Assembly (NCBI RefSeq): GCF_001194135.2
Contig: NC_069004.1
Span: 22,950,699 to 22,997,036, forward strand
Length of the DNA: 46,338 nt
Reading direction: 5' to 3'
Origin: Octopus bimaculoides
Lineage: Eukaryota
Positions 1 to 11,382 of this stretch are shown here, piece by piece. Each line of letters starts with the position of its first letter. Within the stretch, counting starts at the first letter, position 1. The notes below the pieces were generated by a model, which made no database searches, was not told where the DNA came from, and saw only the letters and a program-made list of their open reading frames with translations. The position numbers and the translations under genes are program-made.

Positions 1-88
1 ATACAAAATATACTTCTGTGCCTTTTCCAGCTTTATTTACTTTTTGTAACTATAATTTTTGATTTGTATAAACTCCAAACCACTTTTC

Positions 89-119
<31 letters not shown>

Positions 120-162
120 TATGGCAAATGAAATGAAATACAGAAGATGGAATATATGAGAA

Positions 163-1020
163 TTTATTAATCACAACAACTGTTTCAACACATCTAGCAT
201 CGATCCCTCATGGGTGGGACACTCAACAACTGGTTCAGGAGTATCCAGCAGTGCAGATGTATCTCGTTATTGATGAATAGATACAACTCGTTAAAATAAC
301 AGTTCTGCAATGTAACTTCTCATTTTGTAGAAAGAAAAGCAGCCAGACGGAGGAAATATTTTCATTTATATAGATTGAAAATAAAATCACAAATGGAAAA
401 AAAGAGAAATAAACATGCAATACAGTGAGAAAAGTATTAAAAATAACCGTTAACAAATATGGATGTATTAACACCCTCGGGTAAGCTGCATAGTGCAAAC
501 ACATTTGCTCATACAAGCATCCGTGAAAATGTGAGCATATGCAAACATCAGGTTTGGTGCACTCATGATCACGAAGCGAGTTAACTATCTAGTTGGTGTT
601 TGTAAGAATGGGGAAGTTAAAAGTAAACTTAAGTCATCCATACCTTAAAGTAAATTAAATTATGTTAATGGTTACTCAAAATTCATTCCCACTCTATTGT
701 GTGAAAGTACATTTATATGCGTGTAGGCATCTCAAGAGTCGTTCAGAAATTCTGTTAATGATCTTCTCGTTAGTCCACAGAACAGACAGGGGTTCCTTGG
801 AGCAGAGACAGCATCTTTTGGAAATTATATTGTATGATTTTGCGTGCCTTACTATGGACCAATTAATTTTGTACTTCATTTTATCCTCCTTCAGTCGTCA
901 TACCAAATCTGCCAAAGATGTTGAATGTCTCTTTTTGATTGTCTTAAAGATGACGACATGGTTACAATAACGATTCGTAAATGAATCAGCCATCTGCCCA
1001 ATGTAAACGTACAGCCCTCC
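163..1020 (-). mobile_element. Penelope-like element 3' fragment: GIY-YIG endonuclease remnant plus probable 3' terminal region
   Basis: Minus frame 1020->694 reads GGLYVYIGQMADSFTNRYCNH...KRHSTSLADLV*RLKEDKMKYKINWSIVRHAKSYNIISKRCCLCSKE...CLH. This is the YIG motif plus the CxLC region of PLE GIY-YIG domains, with one TGG>TGA stop. Extension to 163 is less certain. Confidence 0.8.
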
Positions 1021-1515
1021 CCTTGTGTGCATGGTACATTTATATACAAGATTTGTACTACTACAGAGATTCCTCAAAGGACATCTTGATTTTTCTGTGC
1101 ATGAGCATTTATTGTATTTATTTGTATATAAGGCAGTCCTGACTCCATTTACTAATGTTGTATATAATGTATATAATCATGTTGAATCATTAATCCCTAT
1201 ACATTTTTTCTCTCTCCATTTTTTTTCCACTCAATCCTTTCTATCAAAGAGCATAGTCTTGAATCATCAAAGACTTTTCCATTCTTCCTGAGCATTAAAC
1301 TAATACATCTTATTGTTCCTTCACCTGTCTTTGTCTTTTATATTCTGTAAATTTGAATTATATATATAAAGTAATAATTTTATATTTGCGTATACACCTT
1401 ATAGTATGCATTATAAAGCCAGTTCCCAGTGTACATCCTCCTCCTCCTCATCATCATCATTGTAGACAACTTATTCAAAGAGTTAATGAACCAATTCTTT
1501 TTGTGTTTCTTTCAG

Positions 1516-1641
1516 ACATTGATGAATGCAGTGCAGGCAACCACACATGCCGTCACAACCAAATGTGCCGGAACACTCCAGGCAGCTTTACTTGTGACTG
1601 TAAAACTGGTTTCATAAAACTTGCATCTGGATATTGTGAAG
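1516..1641 (+). CDS. FBLN1-like: Fibulin-1/2-like gene, cbEGF exon (first exon visible in window)
   Basis: Acceptor tttctttcAG at 1514-1515; (G)AC ATT GAT GAA TGC gives [42 protein letters not shown]; six-Cys cbEGF pattern; 126 nt, phase 1-1; donor GTTTAC at 1642. Confidence 0.93.
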
Positions 1642-1757
1642 GTTTACATATCTTTTTGCTTTTTCTTCTTTCCATTAAATCTAATTGTGAACAATTTTAT
1701 TTGTAACATTTTTATTTTTATTATTTTGTTGTGGCCTGTTTAATCTTTCTAATTTAT

Positions 1758-1980
1758 TTAATTCTTTAGCATTCAGATTACTCTGTGAAATATAATGCAT
1801 ATTTATTCACATTACTTTGAATCATGATGCATTATCCTGTAACTTTGAAATTTCAATGTGATTGCTTATTTTTAGAATGATATTTAGGGTAGGTTTGAGA
1901 GACTGGATCTGACTGGCAGAATACCTAAAACAAGTAGGATATTTTGGCTAGATATGGCTGGTTAAACATTAAAGGGTTAA
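1758..1980. mobile_element. TTAA-flanked MITE (piggyBac-like ends)
   Basis: Starts ttaa-ttctttagcattc and ends aaaggg-ttaa; same body as the copies at 13994-14191 and 16602-17238. Confidence 0.7.
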
Positions 1981-2224
1981 TGTTCATTTGGGCATAGCCT
2001 TACTGCTTTGTGAGTGCCTAGAGAAAGGAAAAGACTACAAGAGTCAACCTCAACAGCAAATCAAAGAGTGGACTCTCTCAGGTGCTCCAATACCCCCTTT
2101 GATACCCTTCTGGCAAATTCAGGGTAGGTAAAGCACTCCAGCCCTTTAAGGCAATTCCCTATGAAGGCCACTTCAATGTAAAGCCTACCACTTGCTGGTC
2201 ACTGCACTTGTCTTAGTCTGCTAA

Positions 2225-2490
2225 ACCTTTGTGGTTCTCATGAAAGGTGTCTAAGAACATTAACACTAGTTATCAAGCAGTGGAGGGAGACACACACAGA
2301 CACAAAGACACACACAGATATACATACATATATATATACAACAGTCTTCTTTCAGTTTCCGTCTACCAAATCTATTCACAAGTCTTTGGTTGGCCTGAAG
2401 CTATAGTTGAAGACACTTGCCCAAGCTGCCATGCAGTGGAACTGAACCCTGAACCATGTGGTTGGGAAGCAAAATTCTTACCACACAGTC
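2225..2490 (-). mobile_element. SINE family A (tRNA-like head), partial
   Basis: Shares ctttcagtttccgtctaccaaat...ctatagttgaagacacttgcccaag...gaaccatgtggttgggaagcaa with the well-preserved copy at 16789-17200. Confidence 0.8.
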
Positions 2491-2711
2491 TCTCCCCATT
2501 TTAAAAAAATTTTTATTTTTACTGATTTCAGTCACTGAACTGTGACTATACTGGGACAATACTCTCTAATTTTTTTATGTCAGTTATCTTAATTGCTACC
2601 CGCTTCCCCACCAGAACCAGATGGTTGCAAAGTGAGGCTCTTAACTACACAGCTATGCCTGTACCTATACTAAAGGACAAAATAAATTAAATGTATTCTT
2701 TCTTATTGCAG

Positions 2712-2840
2712 ATATCAACGAATGTAACAGAGAACATAGATATTGCTCTAGAAACTCCATCTGTATCAATACACTGGGCAGTTTTAAATGTGAATGTAAA
2801 CAAGGATATGAAATGCATACTGGCAGTCGACACTGTAGAG
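2712..2840 (+). CDS. FBLN1-like: Fibulin-1/2-like gene, cbEGF exon
   Basis: Acceptor ttattgcAG; DINECNREHRYCSRNSICINTLGSFKCECKQGYEMHTGSRHCR; 129 nt, phase 1-1; donor GTAAGG at 2841. Not shown in this frame by the ORF track. Confidence 0.95.
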
Positions 2841-3084
2841 GTAAGGTACCACTACTACTACTACTACAAATGAAAATAATAATTATAAAACTGATTATAG
2901 CAGCGACTCCATCAATTCCTAGGGATATCTGAAGAAGGAATTTTATTCCGAAATATCTCATCAGACTCTGGATGATGAAATTACAACAGTTCTTACAGTC
3001 CATTGTTTGTATTATAGTGCATTGTTGTGTCATTCAAAGCATTTTATTCTTTACAAATAATTATAATGATAATAATGATAATAA

Positions 3085-3305
3085 TAAAAATTTCCAGAAC
3101 CTGAAGAAACATCTGGAGACTTTAGAAATACCCTACAATCTAAGTGTATTGCAAAAATCGACATTACTTGGAACTGCACGCATATTGCATGAAGTACTGG
3201 CTGTCTGAGATCGTTATTGTGACTTGACAGACAGTACAAACCCCCAGTACACACAATATCTTCAATCAACAACAACATGATATTGGATATTATGCAATGT
3301 CTTAA
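3085..3305 (+). mobile_element. R4/Dong-like RLE LINE 3' end
   Basis: NLKKHLETLEIPYNLSVLQKSTLLGTARILHEVLAV* plus 3' UTR; (AAT)n-like tracts on both sides. Confidence 0.8.
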
Positions 3306-3344
3306 ATAATAATAATAATGATAATGATAATAATGATAATAATA

Positions 3345-3560
3345 ATGGTTTCAAATTTTGCCACAAGGGCAGCAATTTAGTGGGAGGGGATGAGTTGATT
3401 ACATCAACCCCAGTATTCAACTGGTACTTATTTTATCGACTCTGAAAGGATGAAAGGCAAAGTCAACCTTGGCAGAATTTGAACTCAGGATGTAAGGATG
3501 GATGAAATGCTGCCAAGTATTTTGCCTGGCATGCTAACAATTCTGCCAGCATGCAGCCTT
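3345..3560 (-). mobile_element. SINE family B
   Basis: Reverse complement of the 42984-43212 type (gaaaggatgaaaggcaaagtcaaccttggcagaatttgaactcag). Confidence 0.85.
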
Positions 3561-3634
3561 AAAAAACATGCATTCCCATGCTGGGAATCTGTTCCCATGC
3601 TGGGAATCCGTTCCCATGCCAATGATAAAATGAT

Positions 3635-3875
3635 ACTAGTGGTGATTGATGTGTTTGGAAGTATCAGCACTCCACTACCAACATGACTCAAAAAGATTGG
3701 TGCAAGTATAAAGATAGAACACCTACAAAAATCATCATTGCTTGGAACTACTAGAGGTCTCCACAGGGTTCTGGAAGCATGACCAGTAAACAAGTGTCAC
3801 CTTAATCTGCTGGCTGTGAACAGCTGACACAGTCCATCATAGCCAGCAAAATAAGCTGAAAGTTTTCATCAAATA
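3635..3875 (+). mobile_element. R4/Dong-like RLE LINE 3' end (second subfamily)
   Basis: KKIGASIKIEHLQKSSLLGTTRGLHRVLEA*; the 3' UTR ccagtaaacaagtgtcacctta matches the minus copy ending near 35960. Confidence 0.8.
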
Positions 3876-3904
3876 ATGACAATAATAATAATGATGATGA
3901 TAAT

Positions 3905-5595
3905 GTGGTGGGTGGACATGCAGGGGAAATGAACCGAGATAATGAATTGCTTGAAATTCAAAGACAACTCACCAAGATGGTGAATCCTTCAGAAAAAAAA
4001 TCCCATGAATATGAGAAGGGTAGATAGGAGTATGATAAATAAAATAGCACAAAAGATAAATATTGTCATAGCATACATCCAGATGGAGGACATAACACAA
4101 ACAAGGAATCTTCTCCGAGCTATTGCGCTATTTGTTGAAGAGAAATTACAACTTTAGAGAACAAAAAATGTTGGAGAAGAAGAACCATGGTGGAAAGAGA
4201 CATAATGCAGGCAAGGCAAGATCTAGGAAAAATTGAGCAATGGTTAAGAGGAAACTGGAAAAATGGGGGAAAAGACCGACCAAGAAAAATTAGAGAAGAA
4301 ATATAAAATACGGAAGAACAAGTTTGATGCAATAATAGACCAGTTAAAACAGAGGATCATGGCAAAAAACAAGATCAGAAGATTTGTGAACAATCATGGC
4401 TTTTGGCTGAAGAGATGCCACGCGGTACATGAAAGACTAGTAGCCCAATTGAATGGGTGTGTCCAGAAAGATACAGTCCCTGTGTGGATGGTGACTGGGA
4501 GGACAACACTTATAATGAAAGATAGAAGAAAGGGGAATATTGTAGGAAACTACTGTCCCATAGCATGCCTAAACATAATCTGGAAGATACTGGAATATGT
4601 GTGGCAAAGACATACACCTTCCTGAGAACAAAAAGGATGTAGGAAGAGTTCTCAGAGTACCAGAGGACTAATTAGTGTAGACCACTGTATAAGGAGTGAA
4701 AGGAGAGCGTTTGCCGAGTATTTGATAAATAGTGATGAAGACCTGCTGCAATATGCTGCGAAAGATATGGGCGTAAATGCAGATGAAATGATGGGCAAGG
4801 AAGAGTTTAACCAAAGAGCTGAAGAGAAGAGAAAAGAAAACCTTGAAATGAGAATGCATGGACAATTTTAAAGGAATACACAGAACGTTAAGGATAATAC
4901 AGCATCGTGGGTATGGCTTGAGCAAGGTGATTTGAAGCATACCACCGAAAGCCTGATCATTTCTGAACAATACCAGGCTCTTGCTACCAATTCCGTGAAG
5001 TATAACATCTATAAACCTTCTGACACCCAGAAATGCAGACTCTGTGGAAAAAGTGTGGAAAATGTGACCCACTTGGTAAGTGGATGTAAGAGCCTTGCAC
5101 AAAAAGAATACAAGCGCCACCACGATAAGATGTGGTTGTATCTTCATTGGCTCTTATGCCATAAAAACCAATATGACGTAACAGAGAACTGGTATGAGCA
5201 AAGTACCAAGTAAAGTTATGCAGGAGGATGGAAAAGTAACAATACTCTGGGACTATGATTTTCAGACAGATCGTGTAATCAAACACTGTTGGCCGGATAT
5301 TGAATAAGAGAGACAAATACTGTCAGATCATTGATGTAGCCATGCCAAACGACATGATTGTTGTGAGTAAAGAGGTTGAAAAAATCACCAAGTAACCTGA
5401 ATTGAAAGTGCAAGACTTTATGGAATGCGAGAGGGTAATGTAAAAGTGATGTCAATGGAAATCCCATGCAAGACTTGCAAAAAGCAGCCTTATTGGGCAC
5501 AGCGCACATCTTAAGGAAAGTATTATCTGTCTGCGGTTCCTGTTGTGACTTGACAGATGACTAAAGACTCCGGTGCATTTTTACCTACACTGTGT
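3905..5595 (+). mobile_element. R4/Dong-like RLE non-LTR retrotransposon, decayed and internally deleted
   Basis: Fragments EPWWK, KQRIMAK, HGFWLK, WMVTGRTTLIMKD..KG...NYCPIACL, EQKGCRK, RGLISV, MHGQF, QALATN, CRLCGKSVENVTHLVSGC (CCHC), ILWDYDFQTDRVIKHCWPDI and IDVAMP (PD-D/ExK nuclease), terminal QKAALLGTAHILRKVLSV; many stops and frameshifts. Confidence 0.88.
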
Positions 5596-5619
5596 TATGA
5601 AGGAATAATGATAGTAATG

Positions 5620-5654
<35 letters not shown>

Positions 5655-5655
<1 letters not shown>

Positions 5656-5827
5656 GCCCTACAATCTAGGTGTATTGCAAAAGTCGGCACTACTTGGAAC
5701 TGCATGCACATTGCATAGAGTACTGTCTGTCTGAGGTCCTTGTTATGACTTGACAAACAGTACAAACTCCCGGTAGACACAATATTTTCAATCAACAACC
5801 TCACGATGTTGTATACTATGCAACATC

Positions 5828-5892
<65 letters not shown>

Positions 5893-6045
5893 TAGTTACT
5901 AAAAGTTACTGCAAGAACGTGGGCAATAAAGAGAGTAGCTGTCATCCCAGTAGTTGTAGGGACACTCGGAGTACTAACAACCAAGTTCAAGAAATATGTT
6001 GGAGAAATTGGAATTGACATGAGGTTAGATCATGCTGAAAAACTG
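5655..6045 (+). mobile_element. Two further short R4/Dong-like 3' fragments separated by (AAT)n
   Basis: 5655-5830: VLQKSALLGTACTLHRVLSV* plus UTR like 3085-3305. 5895-6045: RVAVIPVVVGTLGVLTTKFKKYVGEIG. Confidence 0.75.
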
Positions 6046-6509
6046 AGATTGGTATTAAATGGTTAAGTATCTTCCACGATACTTAACATCTATGTACTAA
6101 ATCTTATAATTCATAGAAAGACACCCTGAGAGCTAATACCATTTCACATTTGCATACATATTATATAGACTGGTATTTTAACCTGATATGTGAATATTAA
6201 CCATTTTACAGCAGAATGCAGATATATCCACTCAAAATTTCATTACCCTTAACTGTGGAAAGTAGTTTTGTAAACCAATCTATCTTTTGTTGAGGAATGT
6301 CTCATTTGAAACTATCTTCTGTTGAGACTTTTTGGCAGATAACAAAAAAATTTAATTTTACAGTTTAAAGGATTAAATACATTCCCTCTCCCAACATTTG
6401 ACAAGTTATTACAAGGTACAAATAGCTGAACACAAAACTGGGTAAACAATTTCTGATAGCAGCAAAATAATCTTACGTCTGTTTTCTTTCTTTGCTCGTT
6501 TTTACATAG

Positions 6510-6629
6510 ATATTAATGAATGTGAAAATGGAGGCCAATGTGAACACTATTGTACCAACACACAGGGTTCTTTCCGCTGTAACTGTCGATCGGGCTACAA
6601 ACTGAACCCTGACAAAAGGACTTGCCAAG
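6510..6629 (+). CDS. FBLN1-like: Fibulin-1/2-like gene, cbEGF exon
   Basis: Acceptor tttttacatAG at 6508-6509; [40 protein letters not shown]; 120 nt, phase 1-1; donor GTTTGT at 6630. Missed by the ORF track. Confidence 0.93.
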
Positions 6630-6935
6630 GTTTGTAAACTTCTCTATACCATAGACTAAGATTGGGGAACCATCTTAGTGCAAACTATGGAGTTATCAGA
6701 TAAATTAATTCGTTTTTTTTTTTCTACTTGGTGATCCATCATCATATGTCTGAAAAGAGGTAAAATATATTCAAATTTCAAAAATGATTACCATTTCCAG
6801 TCAAACCATCTTACCTGTGCCAGCATGGGAAATGGATACTGAATGGTGATGGTGATGATGATGATGGTAGTGGTGGTGGTGATGAACAAACATTGTAGAG
6901 GAAGAATAGAGCTACAAATAACCATAAACCACTGT

Positions 6936-8005
6936 CTTATCTTTTATCTTTTATTTGTTTCAGTCATTTGACTGTGGCCATACTGGGGCACCATCTTGAA
7001 GGGTTTTTTAATCGAACAAATCGTCCCTAGGACTTACTTTTTTAGTCTAGTATTTATTTTATTGGTCTCTTTTGCTGAACCACTAAGTTACAGGGATGTA
7101 AACACACCAACACCACTTGTGGGGGTAAGGTAAATACAGACACAAAGACACACACACACTCACACATAGATATACATATATAAGACAGGCTTCTTTCAGT
7201 TTCTGTGTACCAAATTCACTCCCAAAGCTTTGGTTGGCCCGAGCTATAGTAGAAGACACTTGCCTAAGGTTCCATGTAGTAGGACTGAACCCTGAACCAT
7301 GTGGCTGGGAAGCAAGCTTCGTGCCACACAGCCACGCATGTGCCTATATGATAAAAATATTTTTCATGCTAATTCAAGTAATATTGGAAAGGATTGAAAT
7401 GAATAATAAAAAAAGGAATGAATTTCTTTGACAACTAACACAAATGCAGTCTCTCAGTGGTGCATTTGGTCTGAGATAAACAAGGAATCTCCATTTTACA
7501 CACTTTATAGATGTGTAACATAATATTAAATTTCTAGTTTCTGTTCTTATCTTTTATATTTTACTTGCTTCTGTCATTGAACATCAGCCATGCTGAGGCA
7601 GCATCTCGAAAGGTTTGATCGAACAAATCAAACCCAGGACTTAGTTTTAAGTTTGATTTTTATCTCATCTGTTTCTGTTGTGGAACCAATAAGTTACATG
7701 GGACATAAACAAACCAGCATCAGTTGTCAAGCGGTGGTGGGAACAAACACAAACATGCAATACACATATACTTATGCATGCACGCAAGTGTGCGCGTGCA
7801 CATGCACACTGACATATGCATACACACATGCACACACACTCACATATGCACACACACACATGCATATACATATATTTTCCAAACAGTTTCTATCTATCGA
7901 ATTCACTTACAGGGGCTATAGTAGAAGATGCTTGCCCAAGGTGCTGTACAGTGGGACTGAACCTGAAACCATATGATTACAAAGAGAACTTGTTAACCAC
8001 GCAGT
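6936..8005 (-). mobile_element. Two SINE family A copies (about 6936-7345 and 7540-8005)
   Basis: Both carry the tttcagtc/gtcattg tail, gtaaacacaccaac body, CA/TA tract and ctatagtagaagac head region seen at 16789-17200. Confidence 0.8.
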
Positions 8006-8494
8006 CATGCTACAAAGTTTAAATTATTTATTTCATGAGTTTTTTTTTTTTTAGGGAATTTTGTCTAGGGTAATTTTTAATGTGAATTTAAGCAATATTT
8101 CACCTACATCTGGCAGTTTCTTCACCTCAACTGCAAGAAATAGCAGCCACATCTCTTTCAAATTGCCAGCTTTTGCTGAAGACAAACTTTATTAAACTTA
8201 AGCCCTGTTGCATCATGGGTAATAGTGGAACAAACAGTGGTTATAGTGATATCATTAACTAAACGTTTTTTCTATCATAATGTGACATCTATGTTAATTA
8301 TCAACCGGTGCTCCAGCATGGCCACAGTCAAAAGACTGAAACAAGTAAAAGAGTAAAAGACTTATCAGGTAGCAACAGTGATGTTAACAACACTTCAAGA
8401 CAATGTGGAGCTGACATAATTTGGAGCACAGTAAGGCACCAAAAATATCACCAGCACTGAAAAGGATTTATTAAACTATTTTATCAATATTGTA

Positions 8495-8775
8495 GTTGTA
8501 TACTGCCAACTTAACATGACAGTCCCAATAAGGGAATATACTACTGCTGTTTAGCCCTAGGAAGCCAGACCGCTTCCTATTAGGCCTTGACACACTTTCT
8601 GTGCCCTTATCCTTACGAAGGCTGGGCTGGCTGGAGGAGTTTGTCTCCCCTTCGTAAGGATAAGGGCACAGAAAGTGTGTCAAGGCCTAATAGGAAGCGG
8701 TCTGGCTTCCTAGGGCTAAACAGCAGTAGTATATTCCCTTATTGGGACTGTCACGTTAAGTTGGCAGTATACAAC
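8495..8775. mobile_element. Fold-back MITE with about 127 bp TIRs and TA target duplication (Tc1/mariner-like signature)
   Basis: 8492-8621 is the reverse complement of 8649-8778 with one mismatch; 27 bp spacer; TA at 8493-8494 and 8776-8777. Confidence 0.85.
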
Positions 8776-8889
8776 TACTTTATCGCATCACTACTGCTTA
8801 AGTCTCACTGAGAGATTTGGAAATTCGTTATTTCTAATTTATCAATATTGTTAGTGATGTATTACACTACATTGCCAACATTATGTATG

Positions 8890-9015
8890 TAGTATTTAAC
8901 TATATCACCAATCCTGTTTGTGATGTGTTAACTATATTATCACCACAGTGTGTTATGGGTTAAACTATATCATCAACACTGTGTATTATGTATTAAATGA
9001 TATTACCAGCACTGT
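8890..9015. repeat. Degenerate tandem repeat, period about 32 bp
   Basis: ttaa(a)ctatat-like motif at 8896, 8928, 8960 and 8993. Confidence 0.55.
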
Positions 9016-9329
9016 AGGTGGTGTCTTTCTTATATGACTATAGCATTGGAAATCTATTTGGTACATTCCCCGAACTACGACCAATGGGCTAACAACACTG
9101 CAATGAATCTGCCCAATCAGGTTGATTTTACCAGCAGTGGAAGCAGGGTTTTTTTCTTTTTAAATCAGATGCTTTTTTGTTTGCAAAACATCTGATTTTA
9201 CCAGCATTGGAAGCAGAGTGATCTAACTAGCCACACTATCAGCCTTGTCAGGGAGATATATTAAATGCAGGAAGAATAGGGGAGTATGATGCTAGCAACA
9301 AGGCTAACCAGAAACAATAAACAAACTGT

Positions 9330-9700
9330 AAGATTAGCAACTGGGCAAACAGGCAATAGGATTAGTGACAGACTAACAGATTGTAGCACTAGTTACCACA
9401 TTAGCAACAGAGACTGAAAAATGTTTAGCAACATTTAGCTGCTAAGCATTTTGCTTGACATACACCATCAGCAACAGACCTAAACAGTCTGCAAAATTAG
9501 CAGCAAGGCAAACAGACTATAGCATTAGTAACAGAGTGTACAACATTCACAACAGAGTAAACGGTCTGCATTTTTAGTAATGATGAAAACAAAGTATACC
9601 ATTAGCAACAGACCTAACAGACAACAACACTAGCAACATGATAAATGGATTACAACATTAGCAATAAAGCAAATGTACACTAATATTAGCAATAAAATAA
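9330..9700. repeat. Degenerate 28-bp minisatellite
   Basis: ttagcaac-like anchors at 9334, 9362, 9468, 9497, 9525, 9574, 9602, 9630, 9658 and 9686; spacing mostly 28. Confidence 0.7.
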
Positions 9701-9889
9701 AGTACAACAGTTCAAACACAATTACAGTTGCTGGGTGGTGGACTTAATCTGTTGCCCAGTTTAGCCTCATCTTGTACTTAGGGAATCCTTACCAGAGTCC
9801 CCTCTGTCACAAGCGTTTAGTCTAGGTCTCTGGTTTGAGAATACCTTCCCCCTTCCCTTCCATACTTGCTTGTAAAAGGTCACAGGCAC

Positions 9890-10603
9890 TGACTTGTCTC
9901 TGACCTAAAGAATAAAAATGATAATTCTTTCTCTTATGGCACAAGACCTGAAATTTGGGTTTGGGGGAGAGGGGATTAGTCGCTTTCATCAACCCCAATG
10001 TTCGTCTTGTAGTCATTTTATCAACCCTGAAAGGATGAAAGGCAAAGTCAACCTTGACAGAATTTGAACTCAGAATGTAGAGACAGACAGACAACTGCTA
10101 AGCATTTTGTCAGGCTGGCTAACAACTCTGCCAGCTCACTGTTTTGATGATGACGATGATGACGATGATGACGATGATGATGATGGATGATGATGCTGAC
10201 GACGACGATGATGATTTTTTTTTTTTTTTCCAAAGTTTGGCACATGGTCAGACATTTCGGAGGAGAGGTTTAGTTAATTACATCGACCTCAGTGTGTCAA
10301 TGGTACTTCATTTATCGACCCCCAAAAATGAAAGGCAAAGCTGACCTTGGCAGAATTTGAAGTCAGAATGTAAAGATGGATGAAATGCTGCTAAGCATTT
10401 TGCCTGGCATGCTAACAATTCTGCCAATGATAATAATGATAATAATAATAATCCTTTCTACTCTTAGACACAAGGTCTGAAATTTTATTGACCCCAAAAG
10501 GATGAAAGGCAAATGACCTTGGCAGCATTTGAACACAGAACATAAAGAGCCGGCAGAAAAGCTGCTAAGCATGTTGCCTAGCCTGCTAACGATTCTCAGT
10601 GCC

Positions 10604-10637
<34 letters not shown>

Positions 10638-11170
10638 TAATAATAATAATAGGTACTGAAACCTATTTGAAAATGATACCAGGCTTACCATCCCTACAGG
10701 AAGTGCAAAAAATCGTGTTAACTGGAACGACTCATGTACTGAGAAGAGCATTATCGCTGTGAAAACAACATCCATTCATGAATTTTTTTTATTTATTAAT
10801 TTAAAAAAATTTTTTTTTTAAATACATATTTTGCCTGTGAATTTGCATGTGTAAATTGGGAATGCATACAATGAGTTTCTCTGCCCTGGGTGTACGGAAA
10901 ACACTCGGCGAGAAATGGAAGAAAATTTGAAGAAGAAAGAAAAAACATAATAATAATAACAATAACAACAACAACAACAATTATAAAATGGTTTCAACTT
11001 TTGACATATGACCAACAATTTTAGGGGAGGGAATAAGTCGATTTCATGCACCCTGCTATTTATTTTATCTAACCCTGAAAGGATAAAAGGCAAAGTGGAC
11101 CTTGGCAGAATTTGAACTCAGAATTTAAAGAGCTGAAAGAAATACTGCTAAGCCATAATGATTTTGCTTG
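9890..11170 (-). mobile_element. Cluster of four SINE family B copies in AAT/GAT microsatellites
   Basis: Copies at about 9890-10140, 10235-10420, 10460-10600 and 10990-11170, all minus strand. Confidence 0.8.
10651..10945 (+). mobile_element. R4/Dong-like 3' end (third UTR type)
   Basis: GTETYLKMIPGLPSLQEVQKIVLTGTTHVLRRALSL* plus UTR, between (AAT)n tracts. Confidence 0.78.
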
Positions 11171-11259
11171 CTTGCCATCTTAGAAAAAATAATAATAATA
11201 ATCATGATAATAATAACAACAGAAGCTATTTTGGTAATTGCTGCTCTTCCATGTTTCAG

Positions 11260-11382
11260 ATATTGATGAATGTAATGGAATTTACAAACGGTGTTCATAT
11301 GAATGTGAGAACCTCCCTGGTTCCTTCCGTTGTAGTTGTCCCACAGGATTTAGGATGGCAGCTGACCAGGTCTCATGCTTTG
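11260..11382 (+). CDS. FBLN1-like: Fibulin-1/2-like gene, cbEGF exon
   Basis: Acceptor atgtttcAG; DIDECNGIYKRCSYECENLPGSFRCSCPTGFRMAADQVSCF; 123 nt, phase 1-1; donor GTAAGT at 11383. Confidence 0.95.

Noticed and set aside
555-592. Second hammerhead-like string ctcatgatcacgaagcgagttaac
   Set aside because: Opposite strand to the Penelope relic and lacks both CUGA and GAAA cores.
1353-1706. 117 aa ORF as a stand-alone small EGF protein with a hydrophobic tail
   Set aside because: Only 1516-1641 is EGF-like and is bounded by splice sites; the rest is intron read-through. The same applies to 32189-32367 in front of the terminal exon.
3585-3623. 19 bp tandem unit containing the palindrome ttcccatgctgggaa
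   Set aside because: Two to three copies only, lying between a SINE and a LINE end; most simply a local slippage duplication.
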